Part shown: positions 13,321-25,409 of the stretch, in pieces
How positions within the stretch are numbered: the stretch's first letter is position 1
Layout: every line of letters starts with the position of its first letter
Assembly: GCF_902713615.1 (NCBI RefSeq)
Contig: NC_052159.1
Coordinates: 85,598,520-85,662,519 of the forward strand
Reading direction: 5' to 3'
Length of the DNA: 64,000 bases
Origin: Scyliorhinus canicula
Lineage: Eukaryota
Translations under genes and position numbers: made by a program
The notes under the pieces: model-generated
What the model saw: only the letters and a program-made list of their open reading frames with translations
The model's database searches: none
Told to the model about the DNA's origin: nothing

Positions 13321-13667
13321 GTAAGAAGCCTCACAACAGCAGTTTCTTTGAAAGATTTAGAGTACCCAATTCATTTTTTCCGTTTAAGGGGCAATTTAGT
13401 GTGGCCAATCCACCTAGCCTGTACATCTTTGGGTTGTGGGGCGAAACCCACATAAACATGGGGAGAATGTGCAAATTCCACATGGACAGTGACCCAGAGC
13501 CGGGATCAAACCTGGGACCTCAGCGCCGAGAGGCAGCAGTGTTAACCCACCGCCACCGTGCTGCCCCAACATCGGGTTAAAGTCCAACAGGAAGGAGCAG
13601 CGCTCTGAAAGCTTGTGATTTCAAATAAACCTGTTTGATTTTAACCTGGTGTAGTGAGACTTCTTAC
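13321..13667. mobile_element. Fold-back Penelope-like element with nested V-SINE (13356-13567, -)
   Basis: Inverted arms gtaagaagcctcacaac..ggttaaagtccaacagg / cctgtttgattttaacctggtgtagtgagacttcttac, with truncated hammerhead gaaggagcagcgctctgaaagct. Confidence 0.7.
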
Positions 13668-13797
13668 AATTTATAAATGTCACTGTGGTGTCCGCAGTTT
13701 TTAAAGGGGAATGTTGCGTTATAGATTTTTAAACAAGCACCTTTCACTAATTCAGTACCAAAGGTCAAGCAGTCTGAAATGAGTTTGCTTTTTGAAT

Positions 13798-14440
13798 GCT
13801 GGGCTCAGTGATAGCACACTTGCTTTTGAGTCACAGCTTTATCTTTTAGATGAGATGTTAATTCTGGGTCCTGTCTGCTCTCTCAGGTAGACATGACCGG
13901 TTTGATGGCACTAATTGAGGAAGATAAAGGTAGTTCTTGTGATGTCCTGGTCCACAAATATGCGGCAAGCAACACGATTAGAACAGTATAATTTGGTCTT
14001 TGATATTATTGCTGTTTGTTGTATCTAATAATAATCTTTATTGTCACAAGTAGGCTTACATTAACACTGCAATGAAGTTACTGTGAAAAGCCCCTAGTCA
14101 CCACATTCCAGCGCCTGTTCGGGTACACAGAGGGAGAATTCATAATGTCTAAATTACCTAACAGCACGTCTTTCAGAACTTGTGGGAGGAAACTGGAGCA
14201 CTCGGAGGAAACCCACGAAGACACGGGGAGAACGTGCAGACTCTGCACAGACAGTGCCCAAGCCTGGAATTGAACCTGGGACCCTAGAGCTGTGAAGCAA
14301 CAGTGCTAACTTGTGTGACAATTGGTTGTCTCACTTCCCCATGTTGCAAGTATTAGCCCACTTCAAGAAATACTTAATTGGCTGTGAAGCAATTTGGAAC
14401 ATTGAGATTGTGAAAGACACTATATAAATACAAGTCTTTA
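13798..14440 (+). mobile_element. DeuSINE with nested V-SINE (14027-14312, -)
   Basis: Deu domain gatgagatgttaa..ctgtctgctctctcagg and 3' end cactatataaatacaagtcttt. Confidence 0.75.
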
Positions 14441-15309
14441 AATTTACCAATATGTTCCATTCAAGCAAAGCATTCCGGGAACGTGGATTGTTATATTTTA
14501 CGTGTAGAAACTTTACAGAATTTGGGGGATCTTCTTTTCAGTATTTTGTTTGCAAGGCACTTTTTTCTGGCATGTTTTTTAGCACAGCAGCAGGCCACAA
14601 GCTAGCTGTCGGAATGCTAACCTGTTGAGAATTCATTGCATTGAGGGGAAGCAGTGTTTTTCCCTCGTCGTAGAAAAAAGGCATTGTTTTAACTTGGATT
14701 TCTCCATACACAATAGCAAGTGGTTTAATTCTTTTGTTTAATCTCCTGGGAGCAGTACTTCTTAATTTGCCATTGATGATTGGTTGTTGACAGTTGAATA
14801 ATACTAGGTTTATATTTAAAAATGCAATTTAAGTGAGTTGGTGGAATAGCACCAGGACATACACTATTGTATATGTGGAGCGAAGGTGATATTAGTTACA
14901 GCCCACATAGCTGCTTCCTCATCCAATTTGAGGGTAGCATGTATTAATGGTGTATTAATGAAGTAGCTTTCGTAACTAAAACAAAAGCAAAATACTCCTG
15001 GAGATGAAAGAGTTAGCTATTTGAGAGAAAATATTTCAAATCGTAGTGTTGGTTTATTTATTCGATTTTGCAGAGCTTCTCTGTTCAGTCCGCATGCATG
15101 ACCCCAACTTATTTCCCCAGTGCTGGTCTGTATCTTGTTCTCAGGCTGTGCTTTGAGACATCACTAACTTTTGTTTTGCTATTAACACATTCTGCTGTCT
15201 TACTTTCAGACAACGCTGACATTGATTCTTCTATTAATAATGCTTTGTTCCTTCCAACCTCCATCCCTACTCTCTATCTCTTTCGCTCCATAACATCTTT
15301 GTAATTTAG

Positions 15310-15343
<34 letters not shown>

Positions 15344-15350
15344 TCGCCCT
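15310..15350. repeat. (CT)n microsatellite
   Basis: Seen directly. Confidence 0.9.
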
Positions 15351-15552
15351 CCACCTCTGACCTTCCCTTTTTGTTCGATCTGATGCTCCCCCCTTTTTCT
15401 ACAGCTTAAAACCCATCACATCTCTGCCTCTGCTCAGTTTTGAAGATTGAAACGTTAATTTGTTTCTCTCTGCACAGGTGCTGACACATCTGCTGAGCTT
15501 TTCCAGCACTTTCTTTTATTATTGCAATTCTATTTCAGCAGCAAACAAAATT

Positions 15553-17500
15553 TTGGATTTGGATTTGTTTTATTGTCATGTGTACTGAGGTACAGTGAAA
15601 AGTATTGTTCTGCGTGCAGCTCCAACAGATAATTTAGTACATGAAAAGAAAATAAGTAATAGGGCAACACCAGGCACACAATGCAAACACATAGACACTG
15701 GCACTGGGTGAAGCATACAGGAATGTCATATTAATCAGATCAGTCCATAAGAGAGTTGTTTAGGAGTCTGGTAACAGCGAGGAAGAAGCTGTTTTTAAAT
15801 CTGTTCGTATGTGTTCTCAGATTTTTGTATCTCCTGTTCGATGGAAGAAGTTGGAAGAGTGAGTAAACCGGGTGGGAGGGGTCTTTGATTATGCTGCCCG
15901 CTTTCCTGAGGCAGCGGGAGTTGTAGATAGAGTCAATGGATGGGAGGCGGGTTTGTGTGATGGACTGAGCAGTGTTTCCGACTCTCTGAAGTTTCTTGCG
16001 GTCTTGGGCCGAGTAGTTGCCATACCAGGCTGTGATGCAGCCAGATAGGATGTTTCTATGGTGCACCTGTAAAAGTTGGTAAGAGTCAATATGGACATTG
16101 AAATTTCCTTTGTTTCCGGAGGAAGTATAGGCGCTGTTGTGCTTTCTTGGTGGTAGCGTCGTGTGGGTGGACCATGACAGATTTTTGGTGATGTGCACAC
16201 CTAGGAATTTGAAGCTGTCAACCATCTCCACCTCAGCCCCGTTGATGCAGACAGGAGTGGCTGCAGTATTTTGCTTCCTGAAGTCAATGACCAGCTCTTC
16301 AGTTTTGCTGGTGTTGGTCGTTCTGGGTGAGTGAGCTTAACACTCAATTTGGCTCTGTTTCTTTTCTAAGCTCTGGAGTCGCCAGGTGTCGTTAAGACAC
16401 CGCCACAAGCTTCAAGGTGAAGTTCAAAGCAATAAAACCATACACCAATTAGTAAGTCCAAACAACTGAGTTTATTATAATACAATTATAATAACAACCC
16501 ATGCACACACTAAAAGGATTAAACTTATTCCTACCGCTAAATAAACTAATACTTATCTCGAAGGAACTGCTGGGTCAGGGAACAAGGCCTCTTGCTCTGC
16601 TCTGGTCTGCAGACTTCAGGTTGGTATCAATTAAAAGGGGTCAGGAGTGCCTATCCCTGGTAGCGATCGTTGTGAGGCACTTACTTGTTGGCGGCTGCTG
16701 TTCGAACCCTCTCCTCTCTCTCGTTCAAGATCTTCTTGACAAAAGCTGGTCCACGGAGGAGTGTTGGTCAAAGAGAGAGAAGGGCTGGATCAGAAGACTG
16801 AACCATGTGTGGGACCTGTCTTTTATAGGTCCCAGGGGATCTGCGCCCCTTTGGGCAGACTCCCTTACCTGCTTGGAATCAATTAGGTCTCTTCCCAATC
16901 GATATGTTTGAACCCCCCAATCATGGGGCAGTTCCTCGGTCACTGGGGCGGTTCTTGGGACTTATTGTTTTGGGCTTCTCTGGCGCCGAAAAGTCTGGCC
17001 TTCCATTCAATGTATCGATCTGTGTTTAACTTGTTTCCATTGTATCTGGGAATCGCCTGGTATCGCCTCATTAGTATGTTAACTGGTTTCTTTTCACAGT
17101 GCTGTCTGGTTTCTGCAGCAGTCAAAACTGGTTTCTGCAGCCGTCCCAATATACAAGTGCTTTGCAAGCTGCTTGCTTTACAACATGTCCATTTTCCCTA
17201 CATTCCTTGCAATCTTCCATTTTGTGTTGGGCAGTGGCCACCCCAGGTGGCTACACTGGCATTGAGAGAGAAATTGTTGTCATTACACCACCCCACTAGG
17301 TTCTCTATCTCCCTCCTATATTCTGATTTGTCGTTGTTCGAGATCCGACCCACTACGGACGTGTCGTCAGCAAACCTGTAGATGGAGTTGGAGCCAAATT
17401 TTGCCACGCAGTCTTGTGTGTATAGGGAATGTAGTAGGGGGCTAAGTACGCAGCCTGTGGGGCCACGGTATTGAGGACTATCGTGGAGGAGGTGTTGTTG
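15553..17500 (-). mobile_element. 5'-truncated Rex1/Babar-clade LINE split by a solo LTR
   Basis: RT C-terminus: IYRFADDTSVVGRI (17198-17407) and VDSFKFLGVHITKNLSWSTH..RFKNSFF (15740-16231). (ccaaat)n tail. Confidence 0.85.
16312..17255 (-). mobile_element. Solo LTR (944 bp)
   Basis: TG...CA ends with a perfect 4-bp TSD CTGG, interrupting the Rex1 RT. Minus-strand TATAAAA (~16821-27) and AATAAA (~16471-76). Confidence 0.85.
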
Positions 17501-17977
17501 AGAATGGTATTTCCTGTTTTTAAAAAGTTACATGTTAAATTTATTAGAAAGGGGAAAGTTATTACCCCAAAAATTATGTCAAAGAAAAAAGCAGAGGGTT
17601 TTTATGCCACATGCGGTTTAAGATTATAAGACATAGGAGCAGAAATAGGCCATTCAGCCCATCAAGTATTCAATGACATCATGACTGATCTGATGTGATA
17701 ATCTTCAACTCCACTTTCCTACCATATCCCCATAATCCTTGACTTCCTAACTGATTAAAAATGATTTTAAAAATCATTAAAACATTTTTTTATTAAAATG
17801 ATTTTTCATAAATATTGACCATCGTTGGTGTTTTTTATAAGGATAGAAGTAAGGAAAGAACACATTTATTTACCCTTGTTATTAATTTATTTTATAGATT
17901 GTTTAAGAGAGAGCATTTGCTTTTGGCCAAATTGTGAATGAATACTGTTGAAAAGTCACAAATGATTCGGCACGGCG

Positions 17978-18196
17978 TGTTAGACGTTTAGCTGCTGTTG
18001 TATAAAGAGTCAAAGGTTCTGCTCCTTTTCACAAACACCTTTATTTTTACTTCAACAGACTCTGCACAAAACTCTATCAATCACATCACCTGACACAATG
18101 GCCACCTGAAGCCCCTTTACATATCAGTGTCGATTATTGGATACTTAACATAAATGAAACAACGAATTGGAATGTCTCTTGACCTATTACTTAACA
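17978..18196. mobile_element. Very short solo LTR (219 bp) inserted in a SINE head
   Basis: TGTTA...TAACA termini, flanks cggcg/cggca. Confidence 0.65.
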
Positions 18197-18490
18197 CGGC
18201 AGCATAGTGGTTAGCACTGCTACCTCACAGCTCCAGGGACCCGGGTTCAATTCCGTCCTTGGATGACTGTGTCGAGTTTGCACTTTCTCCTCATTTCAAC
18301 GTGCGATTCCCCCGGGTGCTCCGGTTTCCTCCCACAGTCCAAAGATGCGCAGGTTAGGTGGATTGGCCATGCTAAATTGTCCCTTAGTGTCCAGAAGGTT
18401 GGGTTAGCTTACAGGGATAAGGTGGAGGCATGGGCCGCTGTAGACTCGATGGGCCAAATGGCCTCCTTCTGCACTGTTGAGATTCTATGA
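18197..18490 (+). mobile_element. HE1-like V-SINE
   Basis: tRNA head, V-domain and CR1-type tail gactcgatgggccaaatggcctccttctgcactg..ttctatga. Confidence 0.85.
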
Positions 18491-18499
18491 TTCCAGAAG

Positions 18500-19215
18500 C
18501 AGATTACAAAACATTGTGAGTAATGGGCAAAACTGTGGTAAATGGATTTCACTTTAAGCAGATATTAAGTCCCACATATGACCTAAAGAGGATAGAATAG
18601 AGTATTTTCAAAATGGTAATAAGCTAGAAGCATTTTGGGTCCAAAGAGACTACTGAGTCTAGTTGTGTCGGTCATCAACATGTCATGAATAGATCTAAAA
18701 AATAATTTGGTCCTTATAGTTAGAGATCTAGAGTACAATCTTATTGCTTCGGCTACACTAAATCAAGGTTAGACCACTCATGGAATTGTGAGTATTTAGG
18801 AAGATGTTTTGATCTTGGAGAGAGTGCAGCATTGATTTGCCAGAAGGATACATGCACTCAAATGTTAAATTATGACATGCAAATTAACATTTTCTTCATC
18901 AGAATTTAGAAGTTTAAGGGATGATTTGATCAAAGTTTTCAAGATATTAGGGAGTGACACAGGGTAGATACAGATAAGCTAGCCATTTCTGCTGGTTGGG
19001 GAGTCTAAGATCAAGCAGCAAATTCTTTAAAAAAAAAAATAATGTCAGGTTTTTCAGGAGTGAAATTTAACACTTTTACACACAGCAGTTATTGCTGGAT
19101 CAAGTCATTTAAATCCGAGGTTGATTGATTTAGTTCATCCATTATATTAAGGAAATTGGAGAAATGTGGATATATGGATCTAGGTCACTAATCAACCATA
19201 ATCTCATTGCAATGC
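18500..19215 (+). mobile_element. Highly decayed CR1 LINE 3' fragment
   Basis: Residual CR1 3' motifs (ttggagagagtgcag..., tttaagggatgatttgat). Confidence 0.55.
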
Positions 19216-19254
19216 ATTAGGCTTGGTGGTGGTTGGAGTGGGGAGCAGGGTGGG

Positions 19255-19530
19255 GGTGTATGCCAGGGACCCGAGTTCGATTCCCAGCTTGGGTCACTGT
19301 CTGTGCAGAGTCTGCACATTCTCCTGTGTCTGAGTGGGTTTCCTCCGGGTGCTCCGGTTTCCTACCACAAGTCCCGAAAGATGTGCTTGTTAGGTGAATT
19401 GGGCATTCTGAATTCTCCCTCCGTGTACCCGAACAGGCGCTGGAGTGTGACAACGAGGGGATTTTTACAGTAACTACATTGCAGTGTTAATGTAAGCCTA
19501 CTTGTGACACTAATAAATATCATTAGATTA
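19255..19530 (+). mobile_element. V-SINE, 'gtaagcctacttgtgac' tail subfamily
   Basis: B box gagttcgattcc, V-domain and the distinct tail. Confidence 0.85.
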
Positions 19531-20202
19531 TCATGAATCTACTTTAAAAATACAGACCTGTTTTCATATATAAGCAGAGTATGTAATATGCTATTATTTG
19601 CAAGAGTGCTTTAAAAAGGGCACAACATTTTTATTAGTTTTGAGGAACAAGAGCAAAATATCACTGAGACATCCATGTGGTTAAAATACATTTGTCAGAA
19701 AAGAATCTTTGTTTGCCTAAAAATAGAGATTTAAAAAAAATCCACTGCAGCAAAACAAGTAAGTGATTCATGTGAAGCATCATGTGAGAATGCCCTTAGG
19801 GTTTGAGGGTGGAGGTCATGGTGGCCAAATCTGACTTGCTGTGAACTAGGATGAACGTAATACATGGAGTCACTAATAATCAGAAATGAACTGTGAAATT
19901 GGGTACGCATGTTCCAGATGTTATAAATTAAAAATAACCGGAATTACAAAGATTGAAAAATGGTCCGAATATTATAAACTAATCAAAACAAATAAAACTA
20001 AATAGTATTTTGCTTGAGGTTATTATCTTGATTCCTACTTTTCCTTTATTATTTGAGTTAGATCCTAAACAAAATTCGAATAAATGTATAGTATTAAATA
20101 TCTTATTGCTTAAAGGAGATCAGTTGACTGCAGTTAAAAATGGAAGGAGGCATCAGGATTCAGTGATGTAATTTAATCTGTTGATCTTCAGGGGACCCCA
20201 AA

Positions 20203-20569
20203 TCATAGATTATCATGGATTATCATAGAATTTACAGTGCAGAAGGAGGCCATTTGGCCCATCGAGTCTGCACCGGCCCTTCGAAAGAGCACCCTACCCA
20301 ATGTCAACACCTCCACCCTCTCCCCATAACCCAGTAACCCCATCCAACACTAAGGGCAATTTTGGACACTAAGGGCAATTTATCATGGCCAATCCACCTA
20401 ACCTGCACATCTTTGGACTGTGGGAGGAAACCGGAGCACCTGGAGGAAACCCACGCACACACGGGGAGGATGTGCAGACTCCGCACAGACAGTGACCCAA
20501 GCCGGAATCGAACCTGGGACCCTGGAGCTGTGAAGCAATTGTGCTATCCACAATGCTACCGTGCTGCCC
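20203..20569 (-). mobile_element. Full-length HE1-like V-SINE
   Basis: Head, V-domain and CR1-type tail ending in repeated (c/t)atgataatc units. Confidence 0.9.
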
Positions 20570-20581
20570 TAATATGCCAGT

Positions 20582-21427
20582 TATAATAATCCCTGACCAG
20601 ACCCCAACAGTGGCTCGTTTACTGGACCGAAACCAACATTTTAGTGTATTTGTAAGACTGTGCGGAAAGAATGATTGACTCCAGGAGTGGTTATATGAAG
20701 AAATAGGGATTTGGTATTTTAAAACGTAACATTATTAACACAATATTAAACTCTTTAACCTCGCACCCGAAAATAGCTGACAATTACTCCTTAAACAATA
20801 CTACTAAATACAATAAATACTGCAAGTACTAATTACTATCTATATTCCTAATTAAACAACAAGAAAAGAAAAAAACATATAGCTCTCAATCCATCCTACA
20901 TCCCAATGACAGAGTAATTACTTGCTTTCGAGAAAAGATTTGGCTCATGTTAGAACCCCTTCACATTCTGGCTGGATATCTTCAAAAAGCTGTTTCAACT
21001 GGTTTGTTTCCGGTTCCCCTTGTCCTCTGACAAGTCTGCACTGCTTTAAATACTATTTTTAAAAAACTACCCTACTGCGAGAGCAAAATACTTTACTTGT
21101 CGTCTAAAGAGTAGCCAGATCAGAACTCAACTCAACAGCTCTCTCAAAATGTATGAATGCCTTAGCTCCAGCCAGCAATGACATAATCTCCCCAAGTTGA
21201 AAACACATTAACTCTCCAGAGACTCCCCCTAGTTAAACAACAGTGCATTAGCCCAGGCTTTTACGATGGTCAATTTCGCCTTTGGCTCCTAAAAGCTTTC
21301 TGGCCTTGCAAAACAAGATTCTTTTAAAACATGAGTACTGTAGTCAAACATGCTCTAATTCAGACTCTTAAACCTAAATTGCCATATGTTTATAATCCAA
21401 TGTATCTACAATCCTGCATTTGTTACA
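20582..21427. mobile_element. Probable solo LTR
   Basis: Start resembles tgt(a/t)atgatccc (compare the end at 58653) and it ends tgttaca. TSD not clear. Confidence 0.5.
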
Positions 21428-21667
21428 ATGTTTCGCAATTTAAAAAAATTATTGACGCCGTTAGATGCTGGTGGCACATTATCTAATGTGCTTTTTGAGA
21501 GAAAATATTTGAAAGCATCTTGTTGTAGTACTTAAAAGAAAAAAGACTGCAAAGAGTCCACTGTGGCTAGGTAAAAATAGTCCATCATGTATCCCCATGA
21601 GCATGATACTTTCAGGTTTGTACATGTACAATTGATCTTAATTTTGGACATACACGATCCGTCTTTT

Positions 21668-22133
21668 TTAAAATTTAGATTACCTAATTATTATTCGTTT
21701 TGTTTTCCAATTAAGGGGCAATTTAGCATGGCCAATCCACCTAACCTGCACGTTTTTGGGTTGTGGGGGTGAATCCCATGCAGACATGGGGAGAATGTGC
21801 AAACTCCACACAGACAGTGACCCAGGTCCGGGATTCGAATCCAGGTCCTCAGCGCCGTACTCCCAATGTTAACCACTGCGCCACCGTGCTGCCCTTCGAT
21901 CCATCTTTTTATGCCTTTTGAAAATCCAGTATAATTTAAAAAAATATTTTTCCAATTAAGGAGCAATTTAGCGTGGCCAATCCGCCTACCCTGCACATCT
22001 TTGTGTTGTGGGGTTGAGACCCACGCAGACACGTAAGAATGTGCAAACTCCACACGGGCAGTGAGCTGGGATCGAACCCGGGTCCTCGGCAGTGCGAGGC
22101 AGCAGGGCTGACCACTGCTCTACCTTGCCACCC
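21668..22133 (-). mobile_element. Two adjacent short-tail V-SINEs (21668-21894, 21935-22133)
   Basis: Two reverse head plus V-domain units. The second is flanked by an aaaatccagtata repeat. Confidence 0.85.
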
Positions 22134-22582
22134 AAAAATCCAGTATAGTTAAATAAATATTTACTGTCTGATTTTCATTGCTGTGAATTTGATGGTCACC
22201 GTTGCAATTAGACAGGAAAAAATTGCTAACCTTGGATTGTTTGATAGTCTCATGGAATTGAAGATTTATCTTCCAATTACTGCTTTCAGTAAAAAAATTT
22301 CAGCAAAAGAATTCTGCTCGACTGGTGATTGCTGCAGTTAGTTCTATTTTACTGCTTTCTGACTTCCTGCAGCTGCTCCATTAGTGAATCCGAAGTGCGT
22401 GAGCATTGACTGTGCACATAACAAAGCAGTTTCAGTTGTGTGGGGCAGTGGGCATACCCAATACCACTATTGTCACCTTGCTCTTTTCAGTATTAGATGG
22501 ATTTCAGCGATGGGGAGAAAATTCAATTGAATATGGGTGAGAGGGTTGGGTTGGGTGGGGGAGGGAAACACTACCCACTGTT

Positions 22583-22842
22583 TTTTTAATTTTTTTTATT
22601 GAGTTTCATATTTATATCCAACAAATTACAAATTATTAGAGAGAAAGAAAAAAAAACCACGCAAAAATTAACATGTATATTTACAGGTAAGCATCTTCAT
22701 AATAACAACTGTGGCCGCCCCCTTTAGCCGGCATACATATTTTACATTCCCCAATATGGCCGAGGCACATGTTTATAGGCATTTATTTACAGTTTGGTTT
22801 TAGGCCATAGCTAGCCATCAAACCCCCATAACGAACCCGTAG

Positions 22843-22879
<37 letters not shown>

Positions 22880-23795
22880 TACCTTCCCCCGATTCCCGTC
22901 CATTTTTCCCTGATTCTTGGCCACCCGACTATTCTTCCTCTTGTACGTTGGCCACAAACAGGTCCCGGAACAATTGCATGAATGGCTCCCACGTTCTGTG
23001 GAAGCCGTCGTCTGACCCTCGGATGGCGAATTTGATTTTCACCATTTGGAGAGATTCCGAAAGGTCGGACAGCCAGTCTGCAGCTCTGGGCAGTGCTGCT
23101 CACCGCCAGCCAAACAGGATTCTACACCGGGCGATCAGGGAGGCAAAGGCAAGGGCGTCCGCCCTCCTCCCCAGGAATAGATCTGGCTGGTCTGAAACCC
23201 CGAAGACCGCCACTATCAGGCATGGCTTCACCCTCACCCCCACCACTTTGGACATAGCCTCGAAGAAGGCTGTCCAGTACTCCACAAGTCTGGGGCAAGA
23301 CCAGAACATGTGGGCGTGGTTGGCCGGGCCTCTTTGGCACCGTTCACATCTGTCCTCCACCTCCGGGAAGAACCTACTCATACGGTTTCTTGTTAAGTGG
23401 GCTCTATGTACCACTTTTAGTTGCGTCAGGCTGAGCCTTGCGCATGTGGAGGTGGAGTTGACCCTATGCAGTGCTTCGCTCCAGAGTCCCCACCCTATCT
23501 CAATCCCCAGGTCGTCCTCCCATTTCATTCTTGTTGCGTCCAGTACGGTGTCGTCCCTTTCTACCAGTCGGTCATACATGTCACTACAGTTCCCTTTCTC
23601 TAGGATACTTGCGTCCAGTAGGTCTTCCAGTAGTGTCTGTCGTGGCGGTTGTGGGTACGTCCTTGTCTCCTTTCGTAGGAAGTTTTTGAGCTGCAGGTAC
23701 TGTAGCTCGTTCCCCCCAGCTAGCCGAAATTTCTCTGTCAGTTCGTCCAGTGTTGCGATCCTGTCGTCCATGTATAGGTCCCTGACTGTCAGTGT
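22583..23795 (-). mobile_element. Young 5'-truncated L1/Tx1-clade LINE (ORF2 C-terminus and 3' UTR)
   Basis: Open ORF 23100-23798 with CERC..HAHMFWSC zinc knuckle, poly(A) tail and perfect 14-bp TSD cactacccactgtt (22569-82, 23796-809). Confidence 0.92.
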
Positions 23796-23898
23796 CACTA
23801 CCCACTGTTAAAACATTATTGAAACTTCCTTTACTCTGAAAGCCAGGGAGTTTCATTATTTGTAGCAGTCTTTTGTCCAGTGATATAAATTCATGAAT

Positions 23899-24120
23899 GG
23901 CAGCACGGTGGCACAGTGGTTAGCACTGCTGCCACACGCCGCCGAGGTCCCAGGTTCGATCCTGGCTCTGAGTCACGGTCCTTGTGGAGTTTGCACCTTC
24001 CCCCCGTGTTTGGATGGGTTTCGCCCTCATGTGCAGGGTAGGTGGATTGGCCACGCTAAATTGTTCCTTAATTGGAAAAAAGGAATTGGGCAATCTAAAA
24101 ATTGATAAAAAGGGAAAAAA
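23899..24120 (+). mobile_element. Short-tail V-SINE
   Basis: Head plus V-domain. Flanks atataaattcatgaa/atattaactcatgaa. Confidence 0.85.
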
Positions 24121-25409
24121 AGATATTAACTCATGAACAACTGCTTTTACCTCACTTGTATAATGTGCATTGCTAAACTTACCCGTTGCCCAGGAACTCA
24201 CTTTTCTTCTCCCATACCAAACAATTGTTTCCCTTGACAGTTCTGGACTCCATAAATGCAACATCTTTTATGCATTCTTAAGCTGGATGTGCCAGGGGCT
24301 AGTTGGAGGGGGGGGGGGGGGGGGGGCAGTGCCAAAGGTTGTTCCCTGTTGGGATGGAGGGGTGGGTTCTGTGGGATGTGTTCCGTGGTAGGGGCCCTAT
24401 GAGGGGGTGTTCCGTTTTGTGGGAGGGGGGGTTTCTTTTAATTGGGGCATCCTTTAAAAAATGCGCTCTGCTCTTTTAGAAATTCAGTTGCTGGCTGGGC
24501 AGGCTGAATCAGCTCGATGTCGTGAGCTACCCTTGTCCTTCTGAATGGTAGTGGTTGTACGTTTGGAAGGCTATTTAGTATAAGGATTGATGTTAGAATA
24601 CATCAATCCCTGAATGCTTCTGTGAGTAAATCAAGAAGATTGATGATTTAAGATATAACTTTTCCTTCCTTGTGGGTGCTTAAAGCAAGTATTTGAACAT
24701 AGCCCCCAATATGAGGAGCATAGGAACTCATAAAATTTACAAGTTGGAATAATTCAATGGGATGCATTCAATGGGAAACCCCATTGACAACAGTGGGACC
24801 GAAGATTCCGCCGCCGGCCAAAGGGGGGCTGCCTCCCACCACCATGAAATACGAGGCGGGTGGTGCAGTAAATCCCATCCAATTTGTTTCTATTATTGAG
24901 GAGAATTTTCTCTCTTTTTTTGGCAGAGTGGTGCAGCAGGCAGGAATCACTGGCCCCGTCCGCTGTATTTTTAGGTTCTTGGATAGAAAAAGGATACATG
25001 AGGGCTAAGGAGAGATTGACAAAGATGTCATGGACACATGACATCTTTCTGGGTTTCTGATTAGGCATGTTACAGCTTTCTGGACTCAACATTGAATTCA
25101 AAAATTTGGACTGTGAACTTTTTCTCCATCTTGACCATTTTGTCTAAAAAATCTAAATGTTTTTAACCCAATGCAATGCTTTAGGTCCCATCCACTCCTT
25201 GCTCAAAACCTGTTGAAAGGACATTGACCTGAAACGTTAACTCGATTTCTATCTCCACAGATGCTGCCTGATCATCTCAGTATTATCAGCATCTTCTGTT
25301 TTCATTTGAATTTTAGTATTAGTCTTTTCTGATGTAATAGGATCGCTGACCAGGAGGGAGCTCTGGAGTGTCTGTAGCCTAGAACTGGTGTTTTACAACA
25401 TGACAGGAT

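Noticed and set aside
22948-23811. Longest ORF in the track (287 aa, +)
   Set aside because: It is the antisense shadow of the L1/Tx1 ORF2 on the minus strand and shows no independent protein features.
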